A DNA stretch of 64,000 nucleotides from a virus. Lineage: Duplodnaviria; Caudoviricetes. Below, piece after piece: positions 35,177 to 44,936 of this stretch. The position numbers and the translations under genes were made by a program. The stretch is taken from positions 1,275 through 65,274 of IMG/VR virus record IMGVR_UViG_3300024520_004699. One strand, given 5' to 3'. Numbering within the stretch: position 1 is the first letter of the stretch; every line of letters starts with the position of its first letter. Under the pieces are notes generated by a model. That model searched no databases and had not been told where the DNA came from. It saw nothing but the letters and a program-made list of their open reading frames with translations.

Positions 35177-37618
35177 ATGGCAGCCCCAGTCCTTGCAGAT
35201 CGTGTTGGTGAGAAGATCACCACAACCGGCACCGGCACTCTTGATGTTGATCAGGGCGCGGTCAGTGATCAGTTCTTCACGTTCGTAGACTCTGGCATCG
35301 CGACCGGATCTCAGGTTGGTTATCTGCTGAAGGACAATGACAGTTCCGATGTCGAGGTTGGGTACGGCACATGGACAGACGCCGCTCCGGACACCTTCAG
35401 CCGAGATACGGTCACGGCCTCCCGCATTGCAGGTGTTGCCGGAACATCGAAAATCTCTCTCTCCGGAAATGCCGAACTCTACATTACGATTTTGGCGGTA
35501 AATGTTGTCCCATACGACGATGGAAATATATTTCTGCAATCAGCAAAAAAGATTGATTTCAATGCTGGCGCAGCAACAATAAGCCAAGTTGGCGCGGGTC
35601 AACTCCTGTTCTCAGGGTCAGCATTTACCCATGTCGAAGTCCACGGCAATTTACAGATGGGGGATGAAGCAACCGGGGTTTTCAAGGGAAATATTTTCTA
35701 TTCTGACAGCGACCAGTTTCCTTCTTTCCTTGTGCGGGCGGGAGGAACAAACAAGGCAATTTGGCTCAGTGACGTAAACACCGGAAATATGTTCTTCGAC
35801 AGCTTGGGGGACATTAAGTTCAGGGACAATGTAGCCGGTGGCAATGAGATTTTTGTGGCCCGAAATTCGGGGGCTGTGCAGTTTCAGGATGGAGCGGAAG
35901 CAACACCGTCAATCGCGTTTCTGAATTTTACCACTACGGGTTGGTGGGTCGAGGCAGGGCCACTCCTCCACGCCTCTATGGGCGGGACAAAGAAGTTTAC
36001 GATAGATAATGTCGGCAACGTAGTTATTGACGGCGAGTTAAATATCAACAAAGCCAGCGGCTCCACTCGCGTTGTTGTGCAGGGCGTAACCAATTCCCAA
36101 TTGATTCTGCAACGCTACGCAGACAATACCGAATCACCTTTTTTTACCGCTGAGAAATATCGCGGCACAATAGCGAGCCCCACCACAGCCGCCGTAAATG
36201 ACAGATGTTTTTCGTTTTTTGCCCGCGCATATAACGGGACACAGATTGAAAATGCCGCTGCCATATTCTCACGGATAGAGGACATGGATATTGCGGGCGA
36301 TGCGAGCAATCACCCGGCAGCAAATTGGGAATTTCACACACGCGACGCAGCTGACACAACGCAGTTCGACGATGGCACGCTGAGAATGACCCTCACTCAA
36401 GAGGGGGTGCTTGAGCAAGAGGTCGCAATCAAGATCAGGGAACGCGCGGCAGCAGTTGCCGATACAGCGGCTTATGGTCAATATTGGGTTTTGAACACCG
36501 CCCCCAACCTTCCGTATTTTACAGATGACGCGGGGAATGATTTTGAGATTGCAACATGGCCCAACCTTCACAGGAAGGATCAAAACTTAATTGTCAATTC
36601 TCACTTCATGATTTCTCAAGAGAATGGGGATACGGCGGGGACAGCGACAGCTTACTATCCTGCCGATGAATGGCAATTTCAGTTCTCAAGTGTCAACTCC
36701 GCAACATTTACGGTGGGGCGTGATGCCAAGCCCTTTTCATCCAATCCCGAAATTGAATATGGGTTGAAAGTTGATTGCACCCTTGGCGCTGTGCAGAGCG
36801 CGGGAGATATTGCCCACCTTGAGGCTCGTATAGAAGGCAAAAGAGTTGCCGGTAAACTCAACTGGAACAACACCGGCACAAATTATGATCTCAATATAGG
36901 TTTTCTGGTGCGCGCCGATTATACGGGCAGCGCGGCAATCGCAATTCAGAACAGCGCCCGTAATCGGTCCTATGTTGAAGATTTCAGTTTCGTAGCCGAC
37001 ACCGATACATGGATCAACATAACGGTCCCGGCTGATACGCTTGGATCGTGGCTCGAGACTACAGGGGTTGGCCTCAGATTTCTCATTACATTGGGTGCCG
37101 GGAGTTCAAGCCAAGGCACAGACAAGACCTGGGAAGCCACAAACGATAAAAATACAAGTGCAAGCAGCGATATTATGGACACCACAGGTCAGACCTTCTG
37201 GCTTGGTCCTGTGATCTTACATCCCGAGCCTATCCCTGTTCCAAAAAGTGCTGATCTGCTGCATTTGACCCGTAAATATGAATATGACGATATGTTTGAG
37301 TGCCGCCGCTACTTTCACCAGATGGAATTGGGGAATGGTGTTTTTGCTGTTCTTATGGCAGCTCGTTCAACGGCTGTTCTCAGCGGTCAGATTATACATA
37401 GTCCACAGATGAGGGCAGCGCCCGCGTTGGCAACGTCCGGTACGGCCGGAGTGTTGGGCGTGGGCGGTGAATCTCTTAGTTCGTTCTCTTTCCAGGCAGG
37501 GCGTGAATTGAGTTCAATCACATGGAATGATGCCGGTACTCCATTCGTCGCTCTAAGCACTTATGGCCTGACCGGCGTTGGCGCGAGTTTCTTCTTGCAA
37601 ATGAGTTCGAGGCTATAG
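35177..37618 (+). CDS. tail fiber / receptor-binding protein
   Basis: LADRVGE..TTGTGT N-terminus, NLIVNSHFMISQ carbohydrate-binding-like module, ECRRYF..QMRAAP. Confidence 0.75.
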   Translation: MAAPVLADRVGEKITTTGTGTLDVDQGAVSDQFFTFVDSGIATGSQVGYLLKDNDSSDVEVGYGTWTDAAPDTFSRDTVTASRIAGVAGTSKISLSGNAELYITILAVNVVPYDDGNIFLQSAKKIDFNAGAATISQVGAGQLLFSGSAFTHVEVHGNLQMGDEATGVFKGNIFYSDSDQFPSFLVRAGGTNKAIWLSDVNTGNMFFDSLGDIKFRDNVAGGNEIFVARNSGAVQFQDGAEATPSIAFLNFTTTGWWVEAGPLLHASMGGTKKFTIDNVGNVVIDGELNINKASGSTRVVVQGVTNSQLILQRYADNTESPFFTAEKYRGTIASPTTAAVNDRCFSFFARAYNGTQIENAAAIFSRIEDMDIAGDASNHPAANWEFHTRDAADTTQFDDGTLRMTLTQEGVLEQEVAIKIRERAAAVADTAAYGQYWVLNTAPNLPYFTDDAGNDFEIATWPNLHRKDQNLIVNSHFMISQENGDTAGTATAYYPADEWQFQFSSVNSATFTVGRDAKPFSSNPEIEYGLKVDCTLGAVQSAGDIAHLEARIEGKRVAGKLNWNNTGTNYDLNIGFLVRADYTGSAAIAIQNSARNRSYVEDFSFVADTDTWINITVPADTLGSWLETTGVGLRFLITLGAGSSSQGTDKTWEATNDKNTSASSDIMDTTGQTFWLGPVILHPEPIPVPKSADLLHLTRKYEYDDMFECRRYFHQMELGNGVFAVLMAARSTAVLSGQIIHSPQMRAAPALATSGTAGVLGVGGESLSSFSFQAGRELSSITWNDAGTPFVALSTYGLTGVGASFFLQMSSRL

Positions 37619-37620
37619 AG

Positions 37621-38040
37621 ATGGCTAGATGGGTTCATGTTAATGAGAGTGGGGTGGTTGATTTTCAGCCAAATAACAGTTTACCTGAAGAATGGAATGG
37701 AGAGCTATTGGCCGGACTCACGCCCGCAGAGTTAAAGTTTAGAGGATTCTTACCGGAGGCTCAGGTTGGATTTGATACTCCATACGATCCTACAACCCAC
37801 CGGAAGCTAGGCCCGAAGTTCACTCCGGGCCCGGATGATGTTACTGCTACTTGGGTGGTTCGTCCGAAGACCTCGGAGGAGTTGGCGGAAGATGCAGAGC
37901 TTGAAGAATCTCATGTGGAGGGTGTTGCGAAGGGCAGACATGGAAAACTTCATTTTCGTGAAGTAAATGAGATTAGGATTCTGAAAGGTCAACCAGCCCT
38001 GACGGGGGCTCAATTCCTGAATTTTGTCAGAAATCTATAG
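37621..38040 (+). CDS. tail fiber assembly-like protein
   Basis: Directly follows the fiber gene; YDPTTHRK..TWVVRPKT. Confidence 0.5.
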   Translation: MARWVHVNESGVVDFQPNNSLPEEWNGELLAGLTPAELKFRGFLPEAQVGFDTPYDPTTHRKLGPKFTPGPDDVTATWVVRPKTSEELAEDAELEESHVEGVAKGRHGKLHFREVNEIRILKGQPALTGAQFLNFVRNL

Positions 38041-38049
38041 AGGTGAAAA

Positions 38050-38349
38050 ATGAACGAAAAAGCGAATGAAAAGCCAGACGGGGAAAATCCGGAAGCTGAA
38101 CAGATACCCACGCCGGAGATCAGACAATCTCCTATACCTAAATTTGATCCACAGCAGATTCAAGATCTCTTGGATGCTGTTACTACACAACGAGATCAGG
38201 CAATGAATGCCAATGCAACGATGCAGGTTGCCCTCACCCGCCTTGAGCGGGAAAAAAGGATTATGGAGGGAGAAATAGCGGTGCTGACTTCGTTGACTGG
38301 GAAGAATAAGAAGGCATCAAAGAAGCTGCCGGAGCCTAAGGGCAAATAG
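38050..38349 (+). CDS. hypothetical coiled-coil protein
   Basis: GAGGTG SD. Confidence 0.5.
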   Translation: MNEKANEKPDGENPEAEQIPTPEIRQSPIPKFDPQQIQDLLDAVTTQRDQAMNANATMQVALTRLEREKRIMEGEIAVLTSLTGKNKKASKKLPEPKGK

Positions 38350-38358
38350 GAGGCTATC

Positions 38359-38571
38359 GTGCTTGGCTTTGGCGCAGTAGCTCAGTTTGCGATTGCGCAG
38401 GTCCGCGAGAACTCATTTACTCTTTCTGTGTCGCCAGCCGCCATAAACATAACAGGCTCATCTATAGAAGTTGAGCCTCTCATACCGGACGCAACACGAA
38501 AGGCATTGTTAGTCGGGAGAAGAGGCAGCCAAGGACTCAGGCCGCCACATTTTTGGAAGGGCGTCACCTAA
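38359..38571 (+). CDS. small virion protein
   Basis: MLGFGAVAQFAIA N-terminus; AGGAGG SD. Confidence 0.45.
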   Translation: MLGFGAVAQFAIAQVRENSFTLSVSPAAINITGSSIEVEPLIPDATRKALLVGRRGSQGLRPPHFWKGVT

Positions 38572-39029
38572 TGGTTATGCGTCACAAAATTAAGCCCGGA
38601 GACTGGCTCAGCGTTTGTGATCGCTCGGGCTTCGTCAACTATGCTTCAAGGATGAGGAAGGAGTGGAACAATCTCAGAGTGCTTGATCGTTTTTGGGAGA
38701 TCCGCCAGCCGCAGGATTTCGTTCGCGGCAAGCAGGATCATCAAGCGGCTCCACACACACGGCCACGAGGTGTTGATACATTCGTCGGCCCCCTTACTAC
38801 TGAAATAAATGCGGAGCATGCGGCTGGCATTCAAACCATAACGCTAATTGATAGCTCGAGAATGACGGCGGGAGATTCTTTGCGCATTCACCATAATGAT
38901 CTGAACATCGATTCCTACACAGTCCAGTCGGTGGACAACGCCACAGATGTAACGCTGACTGAGGTTCTGAGGGGGGCGGTATCGGTTGGTAATATAGTCG
39001 TCGACTACTCAGCGGTTTCGACTCCATAG
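38571..39029 (+). CDS. hypothetical virion protein
   Basis: CDRSGF..KEWNNLRV..WEIRQPQDF conserved phage motif. Confidence 0.6.
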   Translation: MVMRHKIKPGDWLSVCDRSGFVNYASRMRKEWNNLRVLDRFWEIRQPQDFVRGKQDHQAAPHTRPRGVDTFVGPLTTEINAEHAAGIQTITLIDSSRMTAGDSLRIHHNDLNIDSYTVQSVDNATDVTLTEVLRGAVSVGNIVVDYSAVSTP

Positions 39030-39038
39030 GGGAAGACA

Positions 39039-39995
39039 ATGGCCACGTCAGCATCATCAGACTTCAATCTCAATCGTGATGAGATCATCGAGGGGGCCGC
39101 TCGGAAGATACAAGCGATCCGAGCCGGGGCATCAATGAGTGACAAGATGCGTGCAGACTTCGCCCAAGCCTTGAACGCGATGGTCAAGCGGTGGATGTCC
39201 TCCGGCATTCACGTCTGGAAGGTAACCGAGGCGACCCTGTTCCCTGCAATCAACACAGCTGAGTATGCGCTCAGCAATGCGGTCACTAGCGCTCATGCAA
39301 CCGAATCTTTTGTGGATACGCAGATGGCGACGGCAGCCGCAAGCGGGGCATCCACGCTAACGGTTGATGACGATGCTGGGTTTGCCAATGCAGACAATAT
39401 TGGCATCACACTTGATGATGGCACGATGCAGTGGACCACGATCAACGGGGTTCCGGCAGCAAACGTAATTACCTTGACCGACAACACCACGGACACGGTT
39501 GCGGTTGATAACAGGATCTATGGATACACCAACAAAATCGTGCGCCCCCTTAAGATCACCGATGCACGGAGACATGACCCCGTGAACGTGATCGATACTC
39601 CTCTGACAATAATCTCTAGGTTCGAGTATCAGTGGCAGCCCGAGAAGCTGAGCACTGGTGAGATCAACCAGTTCTATTATGATCCACAGCTTGGAACCGG
39701 AAAACTTTTCCTCTGGCAGGTCATCACTGCTGTGGGGGATCTCGTGAAATTTACGTGGCACAAGCCGATTGAAGACTTTGATTCTGCGGGCGACAATCCA
39801 GACTTGCCGCAGGAGTGGATTGACACATTGATATTCAATCTGGCGGTGGTCATGGCTCCAGAGTTTGAAGTGCCGAGGAATGTCATGGAGGGAGAATATG
39901 GAGTTGGGGCCCAAGCCGACAAATATCTCGACCAGCTGACTGGATATGATCGCGAGCATGAGGGCGTCTCCTTCGGTATGGATTTTGACAGATGA
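39039..39995 (+). CDS. head-tail adaptor / tail tubular protein (P22 gp4-like)
   Basis: ALNAMVKRW..DLPQEWIDTLIFNLAVVMAPEF. Confidence 0.7.
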   Translation: MATSASSDFNLNRDEIIEGAARKIQAIRAGASMSDKMRADFAQALNAMVKRWMSSGIHVWKVTEATLFPAINTAEYALSNAVTSAHATESFVDTQMATAAASGASTLTVDDDAGFANADNIGITLDDGTMQWTTINGVPAANVITLTDNTTDTVAVDNRIYGYTNKIVRPLKITDARRHDPVNVIDTPLTIISRFEYQWQPEKLSTGEINQFYYDPQLGTGKLFLWQVITAVGDLVKFTWHKPIEDFDSAGDNPDLPQEWIDTLIFNLAVVMAPEFEVPRNVMEGEYGVGAQADKYLDQLTGYDREHEGVSFGMDFDR

Positions 39996-41410
39996 CAAAT
40001 ATTCCCTTCGGCATCATGAGCTACAAGTCGGACAGCCTGCCTCTGTCGGCGCAGAGCTGTGTCAATATGTTTCTCGAAGCCCAGCCGAAAGGAACCAAGA
40101 CGATCACACCCATCTTTGGTGTCCCGGGTATCACTGAGTTTTCAACTTTGGGAACGGGCCCGGTACGTGGTCTTCATAATATGGATGGCACGGCTTACGG
40201 AGTTGGTGGGGCAAGGCTTTACTCAATCGATTCCGGGGGCACATCCGTAGACCTTGGTGGAAATATTTCCGGCACATCAAATGTGTACATGGCCGACAAC
40301 GGCACGGAGCTGGTGATCGTCAACGGGACTTTCGGATATATATATGATGTCGCGAGTGGATTCCGAATTATCAGTGACGCGGACTTCAAGGCAGCAAATA
40401 GCGTGGGCTTCATAGATAGCTTCTTCATTCTTGATGAAGCGGGAACCGGCAGGATTTACCGTTCCCAATCTCTGGATGGTACAGCCTACGACGCTTTGGA
40501 TTTTGCAACCGCAGAGATGGAATCGGACGACGTCGTGGCTGTTTATCCTCACAAGGATCTTCTCTATGTTTTTGGGGGCAGAACCACCGAGCTGTGGCGC
40601 AATGCCGGGGCAGCAAACTTCCCGTTCGTGAGGCTCCGTGGCTCCAGCCTCAAAAGAGGTCTGGCCAGCACCAACGCCATAACCGACGATGATGAGTCCG
40701 TGTTCTTCCTCGGCAATGACCGGATTGCATACAGGCTGCAGGGCAATCGTCTAATCAGGATTAGCACGCACGCGCTGGAGCGAGAGTGGGAGGGATACTC
40801 GTCTGTGAGTGATGTTATCTGCAACTCATACACTTTCGGCGGGCACAAATTTATCAACTACACATTCCCCACCGGGAACAAAACATTTTCATACGACGTG
40901 TCCACTAAGGTGTGGCACCAGAGGGTGTCTCATGATCGAACCGGCATCAGTCTGGGGAGATGGAGAGTTAATGCCATCGAGGAGGCTTACCAAAAAACTC
41001 TGGTGGGAGATGCCTTCAGCGGCAAAGTTGGGTTTATCGACAAAACCGTGTTTACGGAGTTTGGTGACCGCATTCTGGCAGAGGTTGTGTCTCCCTCGCT
41101 CCATGGCAACGGCCAGAGAGTATCCATGCCATGGTTTGAGCTTGATGTTGATACCGGCGAAGGGCTCACTACCGGACAGGGCTCAGATCCTCAGGTCATG
41201 CTGTCGATCTCTGACGATGGCGGGAGGTCGTTTGACAATGCAGAAATCTGGAGGAGCGCTGGCAAGCTGGGCGAGTATGATGGCACCATCTATCAGCTCA
41301 GGTGGGACCGTCTTGGCCGTTTCCATGAGCGTTACATCAAGATCACAATGTCGGATCCTGTCAGGCGCACAATCAAGGGGGCCCGGGCACCGGGGATCAA
41401 AGTTGCGTGA
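39992..41410 (+). CDS. tail hub / DNA stabilization protein (P22 gp10-like)
   Basis: DFATAE..D..FGGRTTELW..RISTHALE..DPQVMLSISDDGG..GKLGEY..W.RLG. Confidence 0.8.
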   Translation: MTNIPFGIMSYKSDSLPLSAQSCVNMFLEAQPKGTKTITPIFGVPGITEFSTLGTGPVRGLHNMDGTAYGVGGARLYSIDSGGTSVDLGGNISGTSNVYMADNGTELVIVNGTFGYIYDVASGFRIISDADFKAANSVGFIDSFFILDEAGTGRIYRSQSLDGTAYDALDFATAEMESDDVVAVYPHKDLLYVFGGRTTELWRNAGAANFPFVRLRGSSLKRGLASTNAITDDDESVFFLGNDRIAYRLQGNRLIRISTHALEREWEGYSSVSDVICNSYTFGGHKFINYTFPTGNKTFSYDVSTKVWHQRVSHDRTGISLGRWRVNAIEEAYQKTLVGDAFSGKVGFIDKTVFTEFGDRILAEVVSPSLHGNGQRVSMPWFELDVDTGEGLTTGQGSDPQVMLSISDDGGRSFDNAEIWRSAGKLGEYDGTIYQLRWDRLGRFHERYIKITMSDPVRRTIKGARAPGIKVA

Positions 41411-41853
41411 TGGCCATACCTGCAGCAAATATACCCACTCCGCTGGAGCAGCCCCACGATAGTATTCAGTTTACCGACCGGGAAGGTCGCTTGACTGACT
41501 ATGCTCTCCAGCTCCTTGAATCATTCAGAGATCATGTAAACGCAGGGAACCGGGTCATCCCATGTGTCGGAGTGGCCACAGCAAATCTATATACGCTAAC
41601 ACCGAACGACGCCTCTCCGCTTCTGGGGGGGTACATGGATTATGAGGTTTTCATTTTTAAGGCCGACCGAACATCTGATGGAGTGGTAACGGCAACCGTG
41701 GTTCCAAAGGTCGGGGCTCTCAGCACTTTGAAAGTGTACAAGAGCAACGGGGCGACCCAAGCGACCACAGGCGACGTAGTTATAAACAGCGTTTATATGC
41801 TGATTTTCGCTGACCATCTGGATTCAGCAGCCGGTGGATTTGTTTTGAAATAG
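41407..41853 (+). CDS. tail-associated protein
   Basis: Coupled to the gp10-like gene. Confidence 0.5.
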   Translation: MMAIPAANIPTPLEQPHDSIQFTDREGRLTDYALQLLESFRDHVNAGNRVIPCVGVATANLYTLTPNDASPLLGGYMDYEVFIFKADRTSDGVVTATVVPKVGALSTLKVYKSNGATQATTGDVVINSVYMLIFADHLDSAAGGFVLK

Positions 41854-41866
41854 GAAGGGATCGCGC

Positions 41867-42082
41867 ATGAATAATGTTGTAGACATTACAGATCCAGCGG
41901 AGCCAATTGCACTAGCGCGCGAGATGGTTGACAGAGCGATTGGATGCAAAGCAGCTGTGGCTATTCTCGTCCGAGATGATGGGACAATTTGGTACGACTG
42001 TAGTGGTCAAGAGCGGATGTCTATTGTCTGGGCACTGGAAAAAATGAAGCTGCAAATCCTAGCCGACAATCCTGAATTATAA
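41867..42082 (+). CDS. hypothetical protein
   Basis: ORF with SD in the operon. Confidence 0.5.
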   Translation: MNNVVDITDPAEPIALAREMVDRAIGCKAAVAILVRDDGTIWYDCSGQERMSIVWALEKMKLQILADNPEL

Positions 42083-42093
42083 ATGGAGTCCCT

Positions 42094-42921
42094 ATGGCCG
42101 TTGCAATACCTAAAGACCAAGCGTCATTCATGCTCTCGCCTGTGCACGCTATGCTTGAGCAGATCTCCACGGTGAAGGATGTCGAAAAGCTGAATGAGCA
42201 TCTCAATCATCCGGACGTCATCGAGTGGGTTAGAGGGGAGGCTGTGGGGGGCCTTGATGGCTCTGATCTGCTCAAAAGTGATCGGGTGGTAATGCTCCAC
42301 GGCGACCATGGCAGCATGCTTGTCGTCTGCATCATGGACGGCATGTATGACATCCACATCCAAGTTTTGCCCGAGGGACGGGGCAAGTGGTCCCAGCTGT
42401 TCTTTAGGGCATGTCTCCATCTGGTCTTTACAAACATGAATGCAGTGGAGATAATAATGAGACGCCCCCATGGCAACTTGCCTATCCTCACAATGATCCG
42501 AGCGATAGGGGGTGACTACCAATTCACGAGCCCTCAGGGTTATGTTGTCAAACACAAGAAGATTGCCGTTGACACCTATACCCTGACGATACAGCGCTGG
42601 ATTAACACAGCTCCCGGTTTGAAGGAGCGTGGCGCTTGGCTAAATTCCCGATTGACCGCGAGCGTACAGAATGAAGACGGGTCACCCTGTTTTCCAGATG
42701 ACGAGCCCAACATGCGCCAAGTCGGTGCAGCCATGGAAATGTTTTTGGCGGGCAACGTGGGCAAGGGTGTCATTTTTTATAATCGCTGGGCATTTTGTAG
42801 TGACCGGCCCCCCGTCACACTTCGGTGCGCACATCCAATAACACTCGATATCGGATCAGCCATGCTGATCGTTAGAGAGAAAGATATGTGGGTTCCGACA
42901 TGCCATTCGCAGCAGCCATAA
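42094..42921 (+). CDS. GNAT-like protein (DUF2824-like)
   Basis: NHPDVIEWV..YDIHIQVLPEGRGKW; position between tail and ejection genes. Confidence 0.6.
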   Translation: MAVAIPKDQASFMLSPVHAMLEQISTVKDVEKLNEHLNHPDVIEWVRGEAVGGLDGSDLLKSDRVVMLHGDHGSMLVVCIMDGMYDIHIQVLPEGRGKWSQLFFRACLHLVFTNMNAVEIIMRRPHGNLPILTMIRAIGGDYQFTSPQGYVVKHKKIAVDTYTLTIQRWINTAPGLKERGAWLNSRLTASVQNEDGSPCFPDDEPNMRQVGAAMEMFLAGNVGKGVIFYNRWAFCSDRPPVTLRCAHPITLDIGSAMLIVREKDMWVPTCHSQQP

Positions 42922-43604
42922 TAGGCAGCGTTGTTTCTGCCGGTATCGGCGCTTACGGCGCACACAAGTCGTCAAAGCAGCAGCAAAAGCGCATTAAGCA
43001 GGCCAGAAATGAGCGAAGAGAGTTCGGTGACATCGCTCTTGGCCAGTCTGCCAACGAGACGCTCGCCAAGCTGTATGGTCTAGACACCTTCGGCGAAAGA
43101 GGCGGCGGCCCGTCAGAGGCCTTCAATCAGGAATCCCTTGATGCCTTTCGTCGTGTCCCGGGATATCAGTTCACAAGAGAAGAGAGTCTTGATGCCATCG
43201 GCAACAAGCTGTCCGCGTCTACTGGTGTTCAGTCTGGTCGCGGATTGCTGGCGCGGCAGGAGTATGCAGCAGGCCTTGCCGACAAAACTTTCATGGGCAG
43301 TTATGTGAACCCCCTCGAAAGATTTGCAGCTCGTGGACAGCGGGGTGCTACAGAAATTTCCAACCTGACCACTGGTCTCGGGCAGGCCGAGGCGGCTGGC
43401 ACCATTGGTATAACCGATAGCCTCCAGCGAGGCGTACAGGGTGTCGCCGGGGCCTTCGGCAGTCAGGCGGGTCTGCAATATGGCAGCAATCAGTCTGCGT
43501 ATGATGTCAGTGGCGTCGGGGCAACTGACTTGGATCCAAATCTTCCTTGGCTACAGGGAAACAACGATGCGTCTCTTCCGTGGCTACAAACAGCGTCTGC
43601 ATAG
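42900..43604 (+). CDS. DNA ejection/transfer protein (gp7-like)
   Basis: Gly/Ala-rich N-terminus; PGYQF..SASTGVQSG motif. Confidence 0.65.
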   Translation: MPFAAAIIGSVVSAGIGAYGAHKSSKQQQKRIKQARNERREFGDIALGQSANETLAKLYGLDTFGERGGGPSEAFNQESLDAFRRVPGYQFTREESLDAIGNKLSASTGVQSGRGLLARQEYAAGLADKTFMGSYVNPLERFAARGQRGATEISNLTTGLGQAEAAGTIGITDSLQRGVQGVAGAFGSQAGLQYGSNQSAYDVSGVGATDLDPNLPWLQGNNDASLPWLQTASA

Positions 43605-43613
43605 GAGACAGCC

Positions 43614-44936
43614 ATGCCTGTCGATTACACAATCGCGATGAAGGGTCTCAACCCGAAGATCGATCCATACAAGAACTTCCAGCAGGGAGTTCAGACGCGG
43701 AACATGCTTGTTGATCGAAAGAATGCTCTAGCTCATGAGGGTCGAGCCGCAGCCAAGTTCCAAGACTACACCGAGGATCGCACCGCCCTTGAGGAATTTA
43801 GGGAAGACCCGACACAAAAACGCCGTCAGGGCCTTCCCTTGGGGGCGCAGGTTCAGCTCGGCGCTATAGATGCCAGCGCTCAGGCCACGAAGAAGACGAA
43901 GTATGAGTATGACCAGCTCGTCGCACAATCTGACAGGGATACAGTCAATCGCAGGTTGTACAGTGCCGGTCGTATGGCGCTGCATCTTCTGCAAAATACC
44001 AAGCAAGGAAGCGACCCAAGAAATAATGGATATATCAGTGGTCTTAAATCTATGTTCAGGAACGGAGAGATCAGCAAAGATGACTATGATCACTATGCCT
44101 CTAAGCCTGCCAGCAATATGGCGCTCCAGCAGATGCTCAGCAAGATTACTGATCTGAAAAAATATCAGACTTCCCTGTACCAGAAAGACACCGCAGCCAA
44201 ACGTAATCTTGATACGGCGATTGATCGTGGCTACAAGCCCGGCACCCCCAACTGGAAGGCCATGACCAGTGGCGGAGGCCAGAACGTAACCGTGCAAGCT
44301 GGCGAGACAGCCGCTCAGAAGGCGTGGGGAACAGGCATTGGCGAAGAAGTCCTTGGCGTAGTGAAGGGAGCTACAGCCAGCAGAGCCACCTCTGACAAAT
44401 ACCGGCAAATTGTCAACGCCATGGATGCAGCTGGTGTTTATACCGGCAAGGGAGGAGAAGCAGTCCAAGCCATCAGAAAGATCGGGACTGACATTGCTGG
44501 CATCGAGCTTGAGGGAACCTCTGCAACTGAGCTACTGCAGTCCCTTAGCAAGAGTGCAGCTGCGGACATCAAAAAAATGTTTGATGACAGGATGATGAAT
44601 AAGGGAGAGCTGGAAATGTATCTCAGCATTCCCCCAAACATCCTGATGTCCAGACAGGGGGCACATCTTCTCCTGCAGATGGCAGAGCAGAGTTCTGCAT
44701 ACGATCAGGAGGCATCAAGAAAGGTGCGAGACCTCACGCAAAAGCATGGGACGGATATGAACAGCATCTACTTTGATTATCAGGATTGGCGCAATGCGAA
44801 TCCGCGATGGAGCAAAGAAGTTCAGACCGGGATCATGAAGGCGGCGAAGAAATACAAGAACCGACCGCTCATAAAAAATCCTGCGTATAAAAAACTCCTG
44901 AAACGCGGTAAAAACTTGCGCGAGAGGGGCAAATAA
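43614..44936 (+). CDS. internal virion / ejection protein
   Basis: Helical 440-aa ORF between the ejection genes. Confidence 0.55.
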   Translation: MPVDYTIAMKGLNPKIDPYKNFQQGVQTRNMLVDRKNALAHEGRAAAKFQDYTEDRTALEEFREDPTQKRRQGLPLGAQVQLGAIDASAQATKKTKYEYDQLVAQSDRDTVNRRLYSAGRMALHLLQNTKQGSDPRNNGYISGLKSMFRNGEISKDDYDHYASKPASNMALQQMLSKITDLKKYQTSLYQKDTAAKRNLDTAIDRGYKPGTPNWKAMTSGGGQNVTVQAGETAAQKAWGTGIGEEVLGVVKGATASRATSDKYRQIVNAMDAAGVYTGKGGEAVQAIRKIGTDIAGIELEGTSATELLQSLSKSAAADIKKMFDDRMMNKGELEMYLSIPPNILMSRQGAHLLLQMAEQSSAYDQEASRKVRDLTQKHGTDMNSIYFDYQDWRNANPRWSKEVQTGIMKAAKKYKNRPLIKNPAYKKLLKRGKNLRERGK